A stretch of 64,000 nt of DNA from Opitutia bacterium (GCA_947478395.1 CANJVR010000002.1:544001-608000), one strand, 5' to 3'. Positions 9,685-20,751 are shown, counted from the stretch's first letter. Notes: a model not told the origin generated them from the sequence alone. Numbers and translations are program-made.

Positions 9685-10410
9685 TTAGTCGCGCCGCGAG
9701 GACACTAAATACAGCAGATAAAGCAGAGAACTCACGAACGCTGCGACATAGGTCAGGGCCGCAGCGTCGAGCGTTTTTGTCACACCGGGCATTTCGTCGC
9801 GATCGACGATTCCCAGCTCCACCAATTGGACCTTGGCGCGACGGCTCGCGTCGAATTCCACGGGCAGCGTGACGAGCTGAAAAAAGGTGATGACCGCATA
9901 ACACACGATCGCCACATCGAGCAGCATTCCGGTCAAGCCACGCGCGAGAAAAAAGCCGGCGAGCATCACAATCGGCACGACCCGCGAAACGATGTTCGTC
10001 GCCGGAACGAGTGCCATGCGGAAGTGTAACATCGAGTAGCCTACTTTGTGCTGGATCGCGTGGCCGGCCTCGTGAGCCGCGACCCCGAGAGCCGCGAGAC
10101 TGGTTCCCGCGTAGTTTTCCTCGGAAAGCACGAGGCGTTTGTTGATCGGATCGTAATGGTCGGTGAGGTGTCCCTCGGTCGCGGTGATTTCGACGTCGGT
10201 GATGCCGGCGCGCGCCATCACGGCCTCGGCGGCCTCGCGGCCCGTTATGCCGCCGCGCGAAAGTATCTGGGCATTCTTGTTGTAAACGCTCGACACGCGA
10301 AACTGCGCGAAGAGCGAGATCGGGATCATCAAAATAACGAGCACGAACAAAATCCCGGGAGAGAGAAAGCCACCGTTCAAAAGAGAAGCAGCGAAGAAGC
10401 TGGAGATCAT
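9685..10410 (-). CDS. Membrane zinc metallopeptidase (YugP-like)
   Basis: LTDHYDP, AAHEAGHAIQH, TLPVEFDASRRA, AAALTYVA. Confidence 0.85.
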   Translation of the reverse strand: MISSFFAASLLNGGFLSPGILFVLVILMIPISLFAQFRVSSVYNKNAQILSRGGITGREAAEAVMARAGITDVEITATEGHLTDHYDPINKRLVLSEENYAGTSLAALGVAAHEAGHAIQHKVGYSMLHFRMALVPATNIVSRVVPIVMLAGFFLARGLTGMLLDVAIVCYAVITFFQLVTLPVEFDASRRAKVQLVELGIVDRDEMPGVTKTLDAAALTYVAAFVSSLLYLLYLVSSRRD

Positions 10411-10606
10411 GGGAAGGAAGAAGTGGTTGGTTTGTTTTGTTTTTAAACGCCCGCCAAAAAGCTAACGTGCTTACACGCTAATCAAAACGGAAATTTTGCC
10501 AGATAAAATCTGGGGTTTGGAAACGACTCGGGGCATTCTACCGACCAACGACCGCAAGCAGGGAGAGCGTCCGGCCAGCAAATCGGATTACGCGAACGAG
10601 TCCGAG

Positions 10607-10633
10607 AGCGCGTTGGGGTCAACGCGCTCCACC
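10607..10633 (-). repeat. Single REP hairpin (GTGG foot), related to family 1
   Basis: Reverse complement GGTGGAGCGCGTTGACCCCAACGCGCT, perfect 9-bp stem. Confidence 0.65.
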
Positions 10634-10651
10634 GCTTGTCTGGTATCGGAC

Positions 10652-11800
10652 TCAACCCAGCTTCGGCACGTCGAGCCAGCGGCGCTCGGCCCAGGATTTC
10701 AAGCCGACCTCCGCGAGTTGCACGCCCTTCGCGCCCTGCAACAAATCCCAAGGGAAAGGATCACCCTTCACCACGTGACGCAGGAAGAGTTCCCACTGTA
10801 CCTTGAACGCATTGTCGTACGGCCCTTGGTCGGGCACGCGGGTCCAGCCGTCGAAATACTTGATCGGACTATCGACGTCGGGATTCCAAAGGCAGCGGGG
10901 CGTGGCCGAAAAATGTTGCGCCGTACAATCGCGCAGACCTGCCACGGCCGAGCCATGGGTACCGTCCACCTGCAACGTCAACAAATCATCGCGCCGCACA
11001 CGAACATCCCACGAAGAGTTAAAATGGCAGACGACTCCATTAACCAACTCGAACGTTGCATACGCCGAGTCGTCGGCGGTGCATTTGTACGGCTTGCCGG
11101 CCTCATCCCAGCGTTGCGGGATATGCGTCGCGCCGAGACAGGTGAGCGATTTCACTTCGCCGAACAAATTCTGGATCACGTACTGCCAGTGGCAGAGCAT
11201 GTCGACGATGATGCCGCCGTCGTCTTCCTTACGATAGTTCCACGAAGGACGCTGAAGCTTTTCCGTTTCGCCCGTAAAAACCCAGTAGCCAAACTCACCG
11301 CGCACGGAGAGAATCCGGCCGAAGAACTTGGTATCGATGAGATACTTCAACTTTAACAGACCGGGCAGCCAGAGCTTATCCTGCACGACACCGTTTTTCA
11401 GTCCGGCGGCGGTCACTTCCTGATAAAGCGCGAGCGCCTCGGCCGAGGTGGTGGCGCTGGGTTTCTCGCAATAAATATGTTTTTTGGCGGCGATCGCCTT
11501 GCGCACGCCGATTGGGCGCTGACCGGTAAGCGTGGCATCGAAATAGATCTGGTTGCTCGCGTCGGCCAGCGCGGCGTCGAGATTCGTTGAGTAGCGCTTC
11601 ACACCTGCGCGGGCGGCCAGTGCGGCAAGTTTCGATTCGCTGCGGCCGATCAGAATCGGATCCGGCATGATCACTTCGGCATCACCGAGCTTGATGCCGC
11701 CCTGGTCGATGATGGCTTTGATGGAACGCAGCAGATGCTGGTTGGTGCCCATGCGTCCCGTAACGCCGTTCATGATGATGCCGACTTTATGCGTGGTCAT
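10652..11800 (-). CDS. Gfo/Idh/MocA family oxidoreductase
   Basis: NGVTGRMG Rossmann motif, HIYCEKP, DMLCH. Confidence 0.85.
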   Translation of the reverse strand: MTTHKVGIIMNGVTGRMGTNQHLLRSIKAIIDQGGIKLGDAEVIMPDPILIGRSESKLAALAARAGVKRYSTNLDAALADASNQIYFDATLTGQRPIGVRKAIAAKKHIYCEKPSATTSAEALALYQEVTAAGLKNGVVQDKLWLPGLLKLKYLIDTKFFGRILSVRGEFGYWVFTGETEKLQRPSWNYRKEDDGGIIVDMLCHWQYVIQNLFGEVKSLTCLGATHIPQRWDEAGKPYKCTADDSAYATFELVNGVVCHFNSSWDVRVRRDDLLTLQVDGTHGSAVAGLRDCTAQHFSATPRCLWNPDVDSPIKYFDGWTRVPDQGPYDNAFKVQWELFLRHVVKGDPFPWDLLQGAKGVQLAEVGLKSWAERRWLDVPKLG

Positions 11801-11997
11801 GTCGAAAGAGAAAGTCGTTGAAAGCCAGTTTCCGGCGTCGAATCCACGCAATTCCGCAGGAACCGAACTGACCGTTAGTGGGCTTTCTCCGGTCAAAGCG
11901 CTGCTACCGCGCGCGCTTTACATTCAGGAAACGCTGGCCCGCAAGGAGAGACTAGCACGACGTGGCAGCCCTGGCGCCCCGTGCCTGACTTTATAGG

Positions 11998-12447
11998 TTA
12001 AGGTGCCTTCGTGCACTGAGGCTGAGCACCTTCGGGCAACGGGGGAATCGGTCCGGTGCCGGCGGGCGGCAGCGTGCCATTCAACTCCTGACGCCAATGC
12101 GCCACATCGCCGCCGGGACAATAGACATAGATCATGTGCATCGGCTCGTCACCGGTGTTCGTGAGCTGGTGAAACAACGTCGGCGGCATGAAGACGGCCT
12201 GCCCCGCCTTGATCGGACTGCGCTCGGTGCCAACGCAGATTTCACCTTCCCCCTGCACGATGAAATACACCTCCTCCTGTTCCTGATTGTGCCAAGGCAC
12301 CTGGCCACCGCGCGGCTCGAGAATCGAATAGCCCATCGAAAATCCTTTGGCCGGAATAGGCTGGCCGAGTTGCCCAACCAATCCGCGGCCCCATCGACGC
12401 GCGGGAAAGGTACCACCGGGAATTTTGGCGAGGTCTGCTATGATCAT
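11998..12447 (-). CDS. Cupin domain protein
   Basis: PWHNQEQEEVYFIVQGEG and FHQLTNTG cupin motifs. Confidence 0.8.
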   Translation of the reverse strand: MIIADLAKIPGGTFPARRWGRGLVGQLGQPIPAKGFSMGYSILEPRGGQVPWHNQEQEEVYFIVQGEGEICVGTERSPIKAGQAVFMPPTLFHQLTNTGDEPMHMIYVYCPGGDVAHWRQELNGTLPPAGTGPIPPLPEGAQPQCTKAP

Positions 12448-12789
12448 AGAAGTATGGGTTGCAGGAGTTGGCGACGGGGGCGCGGCGCGGCGATAAAAAA
12501 ATCAGCGCGACCACGCTTTGGGTAATGACGACACCCTCCGTTGCCCAGAGGTCCGACCCTGCGACGCGGAATCAACGCAACCACATCCGGCATCAACCTA
12601 CTTCCGCGCAGAAGCACCCGGCTAGTCACGTGGGGAATCCTATTGGCCTTGCTCTTCAATCGTCGATCGAGCGTGGCCCCCAGCAGCAGGCCCGCCGGCC
12701 GGAGCAACGGCGAATTTCGCCCTTCAGATCGAGATCATACTTCGACCGGCCGTTGAAGAGAAATTGATTTTTCCCGTCAACGTCACCGG

Positions 12790-14901
12790 CTACCCGCCTG
12801 ATCGCGCCGCGAGATTCTTCCCGTCGATCGTGCGGTCGTTGAGCTCCGCCGTGAGCAGGCCGCTGCGCCTAAGCAGCGCGTTCAGGTCGGGGTCCCGTCC
12901 CATGAACGCCCGATACAGGTCAGCGGCCTCCATGGAATTGCCCCGGCTGAGAATTTTTTCAACGAACTCCGTCCCCACCGTCGCGTTGAAAATACCCTCG
13001 CGTTTGAAACGCGTGAACGCATCCGCATCGAGCACCTCCGCCCATTTGTAAGAATAGTATCCGGCCGCATAACCCACGGGGTCGGAAAACAAATGCGTGA
13101 AGCGCTTCAGAATCGTCGGCGCCGGTGGCACGGTTGGAGTAAGGCACTCCGCGATCGCGGCCCGCGCCTTGGGCTCGACATCGTCCCCGCCAACGAACTC
13201 CGCCGTGCGCATGTGGAGCAAAAGATCCATCTTGGAAAACGCCAGCTGCCGCATCGTCCCACACGCGGAACGGAAATTTTTCGCCGCGATCATCTTGACG
13301 AAAATCTCCTCCGGAATGGGCGCCCCGGTTTCGTGATGACGCGCGAAGAGATCGAGACTCTCCCGCTCCCACGTCCAATTCTCCATGATCTGCGAGGGCA
13401 GCTCGACGAAGTCCCACGCGACATTGACGCCATTGAGCGACTTGATCTCGACCTCGCCCAGGAGGTGATGAAGCAAATGGCCGAACTCGTGGAAAATCGT
13501 TTCAACCTCGCGATGAGTGAGCAACGCGGGCTTGCCCTCGACGGGCGGAGTCATGTTGCCGCAAATTAAACCGAGGTGCGGCGCACGGGTACCATCGGCG
13601 CGCGGCCCGCCCGTAATGAGATAATTCATCCATGCCCCACCCCGTTTCGATTCGCGCGGATGCCAGTCGGCATAGAACGAACCAAGTTGCCGGTCGGCGC
13701 GGTCGAAGAGATCATAGAATTTCACTTCGGGGTGCCAGACTTCGACTTCGGCGGAGGTCCGTTCCACGATGCGCAAACCGAAAACGCGCTGGGCCAGCTC
13801 GAACAATCCGGCGATGACGCGGTTCATCGGAAAATACGGGCGCAGCACCTCCTCGTCGAAATTGTAGCGCGAGCGACGCAGCTTCTCCGCCCAGAATCCG
13901 AGTTCCCAAGGCGCAAGGCGGGCGACGGCTCCGCCGGTTTGCACGGCTTTGAATTCTTCCAGCTCGCGGCATTCCCGGGCAAACGCAGCGTTCGCGCGGC
14001 CTTGCAGATCCTCGAGAAAACTCAGCGCGCGCTGACCTGTTTTTGCCATGCGGCGCTCCAAGACCAGATCCGCGAAATGCGCCTTGCCCAGCAACGCGGC
14101 TTTCTCGGCCCGCAGAGTAAGAATACGGCCAACGAGCGCCGTGTTGTCATGGGGCGCAGCCGCCCCGACCGCGGCCGACGCAGTCCACATTTCCCGCCGC
14201 AACGCGTCGTCTTCCAAATAAGTCATGAACGGCTCGAGCGAAGGCATGTGCAGCGTGAAACGCCAACCGGGCAGTCCTTTCGCCTCGGCTCCGCGCCGCG
14301 CCGCGGCTTTCGCGTGCGGGGGCAAACCGACGAGGCGCGGTTCTTCGTTCACCACGAGCTGCCACGCATTCGACGCATCCAGGACGTGCTCGGAATATTT
14401 TTGGGTGAGCTGCGCCAGTTCGCTCTGCAACGCCTCGAGTCGCGCCCGCTCCGCGGCGGGCAAATCGGCGCCGGCCTGGCGGAATTCGGCGACCGTCTCC
14501 TCGAGAAACCGGCGGTTGATTCCCGTCAGCGCCGCCACTTCGGGTGAGCCGGCGACGGCCTTCAAACGCAGCCACAGCGCAGGGTTTAACGGTATGCTCG
14601 CGTAAAATGCGCTGACCTTGGGCAGCATCGCATTGTGCGCGTCCCGCAACGCAGGCGAATCGGCGACCGACTGGAGATGAGTAACTTTGCTCCATGCCGC
14701 CGTCAGTTCCTCGGTCAACTTCTCCAGCGCGAGGAACGTGTTCGCAAATGTGAGCGAGCCCAAATCGCGGCTAGCAATTACGCCCAAGCCCTCCGCCGCG
14801 CGCTCCAGAGCAGTCTCGATGGCGGACGCGACATGAGGAGGCGTAAGCTGTGACCAGCGAATGACAAAATCGGAACTGAGAAACGGATTGGAGGAAGCCA
14901 T
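12790..14901 (-). CDS. prlC: M3 family oligopeptidase A
   Basis: KRGGAWM, FHEFGHLLH, DFVELPSQIMENW, GYAAGYYSYKWAE. Confidence 0.9.
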   Translation of the reverse strand: MASSNPFLSSDFVIRWSQLTPPHVASAIETALERAAEGLGVIASRDLGSLTFANTFLALEKLTEELTAAWSKVTHLQSVADSPALRDAHNAMLPKVSAFYASIPLNPALWLRLKAVAGSPEVAALTGINRRFLEETVAEFRQAGADLPAAERARLEALQSELAQLTQKYSEHVLDASNAWQLVVNEEPRLVGLPPHAKAAARRGAEAKGLPGWRFTLHMPSLEPFMTYLEDDALRREMWTASAAVGAAAPHDNTALVGRILTLRAEKAALLGKAHFADLVLERRMAKTGQRALSFLEDLQGRANAAFARECRELEEFKAVQTGGAVARLAPWELGFWAEKLRRSRYNFDEEVLRPYFPMNRVIAGLFELAQRVFGLRIVERTSAEVEVWHPEVKFYDLFDRADRQLGSFYADWHPRESKRGGAWMNYLITGGPRADGTRAPHLGLICGNMTPPVEGKPALLTHREVETIFHEFGHLLHHLLGEVEIKSLNGVNVAWDFVELPSQIMENWTWERESLDLFARHHETGAPIPEEIFVKMIAAKNFRSACGTMRQLAFSKMDLLLHMRTAEFVGGDDVEPKARAAIAECLTPTVPPAPTILKRFTHLFSDPVGYAAGYYSYKWAEVLDADAFTRFKREGIFNATVGTEFVEKILSRGNSMEAADLYRAFMGRDPDLNALLRRSGLLTAELNDRTIDGKNLAARSGG

Positions 14902-14974
14902 CGAGCCGTCCACTGAAACCTGCCGGCCGTGACATGCAAGCCGCGGGCGGAAACCACCCGCGTTGCTTTTTCCC

Positions 14975-16810
14975 TCACCAGGCAAAGCCGAAGCCGCACA
15001 CGATCTGCCGACGCGCCGCGGGCACCGATGGCACTTCCTGGTAGTTGCTGTTCCAGAGATTGTCGGCGCGAACCGAGATCGTGCTTCCGCGCCAAGCGCG
15101 CGGACGGAAAAATATGCCTGCGGCACTGATCAAAGTTTCATCGCCGCCGATGTTACGCAGAACGTTGTCAGCTTGTACGCGAGCGGCGTTGTCGAACCTC
15201 AATTCCCACTCGGACGCGAAGCGATAAACGACCGCCGCCGTCAAGCGATGGCGGGCATAGTTCATGGCGTAGAAGCTGCCATCGACCAGCGCCCCGCGAT
15301 AATCCGCGTCTTTGATCAACGCGGTGTAGCCGAGAATCAGATCCAGATTAGCCCAAGAACGACGGGCGACGATTTCTAACCCGGTTGCGTCAATATCAAC
15401 GGCATCGGCGCTGCGGGCGGTCACCCCGCGGCGAAAAGTCCAATCGACGAGGTGCGAGTCCTGCCGGAAAAAAAATGCCGCTTGCCCGCTCCAGCCTGCG
15501 AGCGAGGTACTAACACCCACTTCGGCGTTGCGACTTTTTTCACGACCCAAGCCAGGATTGCCTCGGAACAAACCCGCCCCGGGGTTCGAATTCAGAGCGG
15601 TGTAACTCGGAAGTTGTGACGTGCCTGCGTAGCTCACGTAGAAACGTGCCGGCTGAGCGCCCCGCCATTCGCGGGCTAATTCAAAGACGGGTGAGATCGT
15701 GCTGCCGCCGTGATTGGAATCGTCATACGTCGCACCGGCTTTGGCGGAAACGGCCCCGGCATCGGCGGTCGTCCACGATTTATCCGCGGCCAGCGCCAGT
15801 TTCGCGAGCGTGCGGGTGTGAAATTTTCCAAAAAGCAGTGAAGTCGATTTCAGTTCGTCCGCGGCGATCTCGCCGCGATATTCGAAACTGAGATCGCCGC
15901 ACCCCTGCCGACCGGCGGCGGCCGCACCGCTGACCCACGTCGTGTGCTGAAAGGGATGAATCGTGGCGAGAGGAGCGAAGCGGTTAAACGCATAGTCATC
16001 CTTATTGCGACGATGGTAGGCCCCTGCCTCGAAAAATTCGCCGTGCCCCAAATCGGATCGGTGGTTCACCGCCAGCAAAACGGTCTGCAGGTTTTCCGAT
16101 TCCGGAGCATTGAATGGGGTATAGAGATTGGGCCAGCCAAAGAACTTTGCTTGGTAGCCGGCAAAAATATCGGTCTGGGCGCCGGCCGATGCCATTTGCA
16201 CGCGCGCGTTGACCCGATCGAAACGATAGTCGCCCAGGGGAATCGTACCGTCGCTTTCCGCGTGAGCCCATGCGACATCTCCCGCGATTTTCAAGCTGCC
16301 CGATGCGACCGATTCCGCGACGCGGCCTTGGTAAAGTTCAGCGTTCCACAGGCCGTGATTACCCGCGCCCACCCCGCCGGATCGCAGATTGGTTACTGGC
16401 CGCCAGCCATAGGCGACAGCGCCGACCGTTGACCCCAGGGTTCGCAGCGCGTGACTGCTCCCAGTGATGATCGACGGTGCCGACAACATCGACGACGCGA
16501 TGGGGATTTCGGCGTAGTAGTGTCCCGTTTGCGGATCGGTGAGCGAAACCGCGCCGACCCCAAAACCCGTATTTTCGAAGATACCTCCACGAATCGTAAC
16601 ATCCGCCTGCCCTTCCGCCATATTCCGCGCGGCGAGATCCACCTGAGGTTCGAAACGCAGTCCGGAAACCGGCATCGCGAAGGATGCGACCGGATTTTGA
16701 TTCGCCACGCGCGTCGAAAATACCGTCACCGCGGACAGGTCCACCGGACGGATTTGGCCCGTTGCGACCGTCGCGGTAACGATGAGCAAAGCCGTGAGTT
16801 GAAACTTCAT
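14975..16810 (-). CDS. TonB-dependent receptor
   Basis: Signal peptide, QADVTIRGG plug motif, DNL near C-terminus, terminal W. Confidence 0.75.
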   Translation of the reverse strand: MKFQLTALLIVTATVATGQIRPVDLSAVTVFSTRVANQNPVASFAMPVSGLRFEPQVDLAARNMAEGQADVTIRGGIFENTGFGVGAVSLTDPQTGHYYAEIPIASSMLSAPSIITGSSHALRTLGSTVGAVAYGWRPVTNLRSGGVGAGNHGLWNAELYQGRVAESVASGSLKIAGDVAWAHAESDGTIPLGDYRFDRVNARVQMASAGAQTDIFAGYQAKFFGWPNLYTPFNAPESENLQTVLLAVNHRSDLGHGEFFEAGAYHRRNKDDYAFNRFAPLATIHPFQHTTWVSGAAAAGRQGCGDLSFEYRGEIAADELKSTSLLFGKFHTRTLAKLALAADKSWTTADAGAVSAKAGATYDDSNHGGSTISPVFELAREWRGAQPARFYVSYAGTSQLPSYTALNSNPGAGLFRGNPGLGREKSRNAEVGVSTSLAGWSGQAAFFFRQDSHLVDWTFRRGVTARSADAVDIDATGLEIVARRSWANLDLILGYTALIKDADYRGALVDGSFYAMNYARHRLTAAVVYRFASEWELRFDNAARVQADNVLRNIGGDETLISAAGIFFRPRAWRGSTISVRADNLWNSNYQEVPSVPAARRQIVCGFGFAW

Positions 16811-16947
16811 CAAAGCCAAGCGGACAGGAAGCCTTGGCGAAAAACAAGCCTTGGTTAACTCAAATCGAAATTCAAAACTAACCAACCCGCTAGAGCCGCC
16901 GGTGCCGAGATTTCACGCACCTAATCACCGCGGGGCGGGCCCTGGAA

Positions 16948-17184
16948 CTACTGATCGCCGTCGTTCCCAATCGCCTCCACGGGGCAACCCTCCAGCGCCT
17001 CCATGCAAAGCGCGATATCGTCTTCCGTGACGGGCTGCTTGTGAACAAAGGAATACCCGCCCTCATCATGCCGGGTGAAGAATCCTGGCGCGGTTTCGCG
17101 GCAGAGATCGCAGTCGATGCACTGCTGATCGACGAAAAACTTACCCGAAACGTTCGGCTCCCACTTGTCTGCTTTATTAGCCAT
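16948..17184 (-). CDS. Ferredoxin (single 4Fe-4S cluster)
   Basis: CIDCDLC...CPVEAIG. Confidence 0.9.
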   Translation of the reverse strand: MANKADKWEPNVSGKFFVDQQCIDCDLCRETAPGFFTRHDEGGYSFVHKQPVTEDDIALCMEALEGCPVEAIGNDGDQ

Positions 17185-17330
17185 GGTTACAGGTGACGCA
17201 AAGCCCAACGCGAGGGCCTGTCAAGAAGCGGCGCGCAGGTGTCCATGGTCTTGCCCATCGCGCCGAAATTGCATGCATATAAGAGTCCGCCTTGTATTTG
17301 CCCCGGCGCATCCTAACGTTAACGCACCCG

Positions 17331-18224
17331 ATGTTTTCCGACCGCTTCTACATGCGAAGTCCAGACCCGGAAGAAAAACTATCCGTTCTATTCTGCCTGC
17401 TCGCAGCGGTGATCGCCGCATTCGTCGTCGAACTCGTCTCGCTGACTTGGTTTAGAGATGGCGCAGCGTTGATCCAAAATCTGGAAGTTACCGTTCCGGC
17501 GTTGCAGCACGGCCGGCTTTGGACGCTTTTGACGTACGGTTTTGTCCACTGGAATACAGCCCAAAACCTACTTCACGTTGTCGTGGTGATTATGGGCCTG
17601 GTCATTTTTGGCCGCGAACTGCTGCCCTCCCTCGGTCCCGTGCGTTTCGTTGCGCTTTATGCCGGGGCCCTGATTTTGGGGGCACTCACTTGGGCCGTCG
17701 CGAATTGGTCGCATCCCGAGGCTCATTTGTTTGGCGCCATGGCCGGCGTCTACGCCCTGCTCACGGTCTTCGCGTGCCTCCACCCCGATCGCGACTTCAG
17801 CTTCACGGTTTTCTTTTTTCCCGTGACCACGAAGCCCCGACATCTCGCGGTCGGCTTGGTCGCCATGGAGTTTATGGCGTTTCTTTTCTACGAAGTATAC
17901 CGCGCAGCCGCCCCGTTTTCGTATGCGCCGTCCGCACATTTGGGCGGCGTCGCAGCCGGTTTGATTTACTGCCGCTTTTTTCACGCCAATCGATGGGCGT
18001 CGGGAAAGGTGGCGGAGGCCGTCGAACCTGTCCGTATGCCCGCGATAAAACCCACTGGCTTCCCCCTCCACGAAGCGACCCGGGCTAGCGCGCCCGCGCG
18101 TGATGAATTGCGCGCTGAGGTCGATCGCATTCTCGACAAGATTAACAGCTCGGGCCTCGGTGCGCTCACCGCCGCCGAAAAGCAGGTGCTCGACGAAGCC
18201 AAACACCAACTCAGCCGGCGCTGA
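17331..18224 (+). CDS. Rhomboid-family intramembrane protease-like protein
   Basis: WTLLTYGFVH, GAMAG (catalytic Ser position reads M), AHLGG, C-terminal VDRILDKI...GL..LT..EK tail. Confidence 0.75.
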   Translation: MFSDRFYMRSPDPEEKLSVLFCLLAAVIAAFVVELVSLTWFRDGAALIQNLEVTVPALQHGRLWTLLTYGFVHWNTAQNLLHVVVVIMGLVIFGRELLPSLGPVRFVALYAGALILGALTWAVANWSHPEAHLFGAMAGVYALLTVFACLHPDRDFSFTVFFFPVTTKPRHLAVGLVAMEFMAFLFYEVYRAAAPFSYAPSAHLGGVAAGLIYCRFFHANRWASGKVAEAVEPVRMPAIKPTGFPLHEATRASAPARDELRAEVDRILDKINSSGLGALTAAEKQVLDEAKHQLSRR

Positions 18225-18306
18225 TGCCCGTAATTATTTCGTTCCACGCACTCGCTTGCGAAACTCCGAAACAACCGCACCGATTAACCGTCAAACGATT
18301 TCAACC

Positions 18307-20535
18307 ATGACCTTCGCTTTCTCGCCTCGTCGCACCTTCGTCGGAATATTAGGCGGTTTCCTCGCACTCACGCTTGGCCTGAGCGCTGCATCCGATCGGA
18401 AGTTCACGACCCCGCCGGCGCTTTCGACCGAGGTCAAAACCCTTGTCGGCTTGCTCGCCCAAGCGCATTACAATCGCGACTCGGTCAAAAACTCGGATTT
18501 CGAGCAGGTGATACCGGACTTCATGGCCGAGCTGGACAGCCAGCACTTATTTTTCATCAACAGTGACAAGGCGGCGTTCGCCCGCGGCTACGGGACCAAA
18601 GTCTATGACAACGCCGCTTACCTTGGAAACATCGACGCAGCCTATGAAATTTTTGCGACCTATGAAACCCGCACGCAAAATCGCATCTCTTGGATTCTGG
18701 AAGAATTGAAGAAGGACATCGACCTCGGCATCAACGGCACCTACCGCGCGGACCGCACAAAATCAGATTGGCCCGCCACGGCGGCAGCCGCGGACGACCT
18801 GTGGCGCGATCGGTTAAAATTCGAACTGATTGCCGAGATGCTCAACAAGAAGAGCGTCGACGATGCGAAACAGACGATACGCAAGCGCTACGAGCGCATG
18901 CTGAAAAACCTCACGGAGATCGAAGGAGACGATCTCGCGGAAATTTTCCTCAGCTGCGTCGCCCGACTTTACGATCCTCACTCCAATTATCTTTCCGCCA
19001 AATCCTACGAAGATTTCACGATTCAAATGAAGCTTTCGCTCTTCGGCATTGGCGCGCTGCTGGGAGTCGAAGATGACAACTGCTTCGTTAAGGAAATCGT
19101 CCCCGGCGGGCCCGCGGATCTTGGCCGGCAGCTGAAACCCCAGGATAAGATTATCTCAGTTGCGCAAATCGGCGGAGAACCCGTCGAAGTCATGGGCATG
19201 AAAATCCGCAAGATTGTGGACATGATCCGCGGCGCGAAAGACACCAAGGTACGCCTGATCGTTCAACCTGCCGATGCGACGGATCCTTCCGCGCGGCGGG
19301 AAATTGTCATCACGCGCGACGTGGTGAAGCTTAACTCCGCCCGCGCCCATGCGGCGATATTCCAAGTGCCGAACGCCGCCGATGGCGTGCTCAAGCCGGT
19401 CGGCGTGATCACGCTGCCCACCTTTTACGGTCCCGCCGAAGATGGTGACACCGACGCTAGCGAGAAATCTGGCACAACGGAGGACGTCGCCCGACTCATC
19501 GACCAGCTGACCAAAGCCGGAATTAGCAGCCTCGTACTCGACCTGCGCCACAACGGCGGCGGTTATCTCACCGAGGCGATCGACCTCACCGGACTGTTCA
19601 TCAGCAAAGGCCCGGTGGTTCAGGTGAAAAGCTATTCCGGCGACATTCAAGTGGACCGGGACAACTCCGACAAGATCGCCTACCGTGGCCCGCTCGCGGT
19701 GCTGGTTGATCGCTTCAGCGCTTCCGCTTCGGAGATCGTGACCGGAGCGCTGCAGAACTACGGTCGCGCCATAGTCATCGGCGACAGCTCGACGCACGGC
19801 AAGGGCACCGTGCAGACGGTCGTGGAAATAAAAAACGTGCTCGGTCCCCGCCTCAGCCCGAGCATCGCGAAGTCCGGCGCGGCTAAGATCACGATTCAGA
19901 AATTTTATCTGCCCGGGGGCGCGTCCACCCAACTGAAGGGCGTTGTGCCGGACATCGTGCTCCCCTCAATTAACGAATATCTGCCGATCGGCGAATCCGC
20001 GCTGCCTCACGCGCTTGTGTGGGACCAGATCCCCAGCAGCTCTTTCGATGGCGCTCCGCTCGACGCCAAGATTCTAACCTCGCTTCGCCAAGCCAGCCTC
20101 GAGCGCCAGACTAAGTTGGAGGAGTTTGCTTTCCTCAAAAAGAATATCGAGTGGTTCAAAGGCCGGCAGGAGCAGAAACAATATTCGCTCAATCTCGAGG
20201 AACGTAAGCGCCAGAAGCTTGAGGACGATGCCTTCCGCAAATCGAGCAAGGGGGAGCGTGATCTACTCGCCAAAGGAGATTTCACGTTCAAGGAATATCG
20301 GCTCGGTCCGCCGCTGCCGCCCAAGATCAAGGCGCCCAAAAAAACCGGCGACCTCACTGACGGGGAGGACGACGAAAACGATCTGGGTGTAGACGAAGAC
20401 AACGACGCCTATGCGAAGGTAGACATCCACCTCCGCGAAACACTCCGCGTGCTAAGCGACGCCGTGGCTTTGGCTGCGAACCGTGATTTCTGGGTCAGCA
20501 ATCACCCTCCGCTCACCGCCGCAGGCAAAGGCTGA
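18307..20535 (+). CDS. prc: Carboxy-terminal processing protease (S41, Prc/Tsp)
   Basis: DPHSNY, GIGA PDZ, LDLRHNGGG, SASASE, GKGTVQ. Confidence 0.9.
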   Translation: MTFAFSPRRTFVGILGGFLALTLGLSAASDRKFTTPPALSTEVKTLVGLLAQAHYNRDSVKNSDFEQVIPDFMAELDSQHLFFINSDKAAFARGYGTKVYDNAAYLGNIDAAYEIFATYETRTQNRISWILEELKKDIDLGINGTYRADRTKSDWPATAAAADDLWRDRLKFELIAEMLNKKSVDDAKQTIRKRYERMLKNLTEIEGDDLAEIFLSCVARLYDPHSNYLSAKSYEDFTIQMKLSLFGIGALLGVEDDNCFVKEIVPGGPADLGRQLKPQDKIISVAQIGGEPVEVMGMKIRKIVDMIRGAKDTKVRLIVQPADATDPSARREIVITRDVVKLNSARAHAAIFQVPNAADGVLKPVGVITLPTFYGPAEDGDTDASEKSGTTEDVARLIDQLTKAGISSLVLDLRHNGGGYLTEAIDLTGLFISKGPVVQVKSYSGDIQVDRDNSDKIAYRGPLAVLVDRFSASASEIVTGALQNYGRAIVIGDSSTHGKGTVQTVVEIKNVLGPRLSPSIAKSGAAKITIQKFYLPGGASTQLKGVVPDIVLPSINEYLPIGESALPHALVWDQIPSSSFDGAPLDAKILTSLRQASLERQTKLEEFAFLKKNIEWFKGRQEQKQYSLNLEERKRQKLEDDAFRKSSKGERDLLAKGDFTFKEYRLGPPLPPKIKAPKKTGDLTDGEDDENDLGVDEDNDAYAKVDIHLRETLRVLSDAVALAANRDFWVSNHPPLTAAGKG

Positions 20536-20751
20536 ACGCCTTTCGGAATAGCCATTAGGCCCGTGCGCTCACACGCAGCCGGGTCGACCGCGAGCCTACC
20601 GGCCTACGCACGCGCCTAATTCGCGCGGCCCAGCGAGCGTCTTTTGGGTCGACTGCCTCAGTCCCAGCTTAGCCGGTTTTCCATGGTCCGCTGAGAAAAT
20701 CCGGCGCTAGGGCTTACGGCGGACCTCGTCCAACGGATTCCCACGGCGAAC

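Noticed and set aside
16811..16947. Cobalamin riboswitch before the second TonB receptor
   Set aside because: The gap is short and no B12-box is visible.
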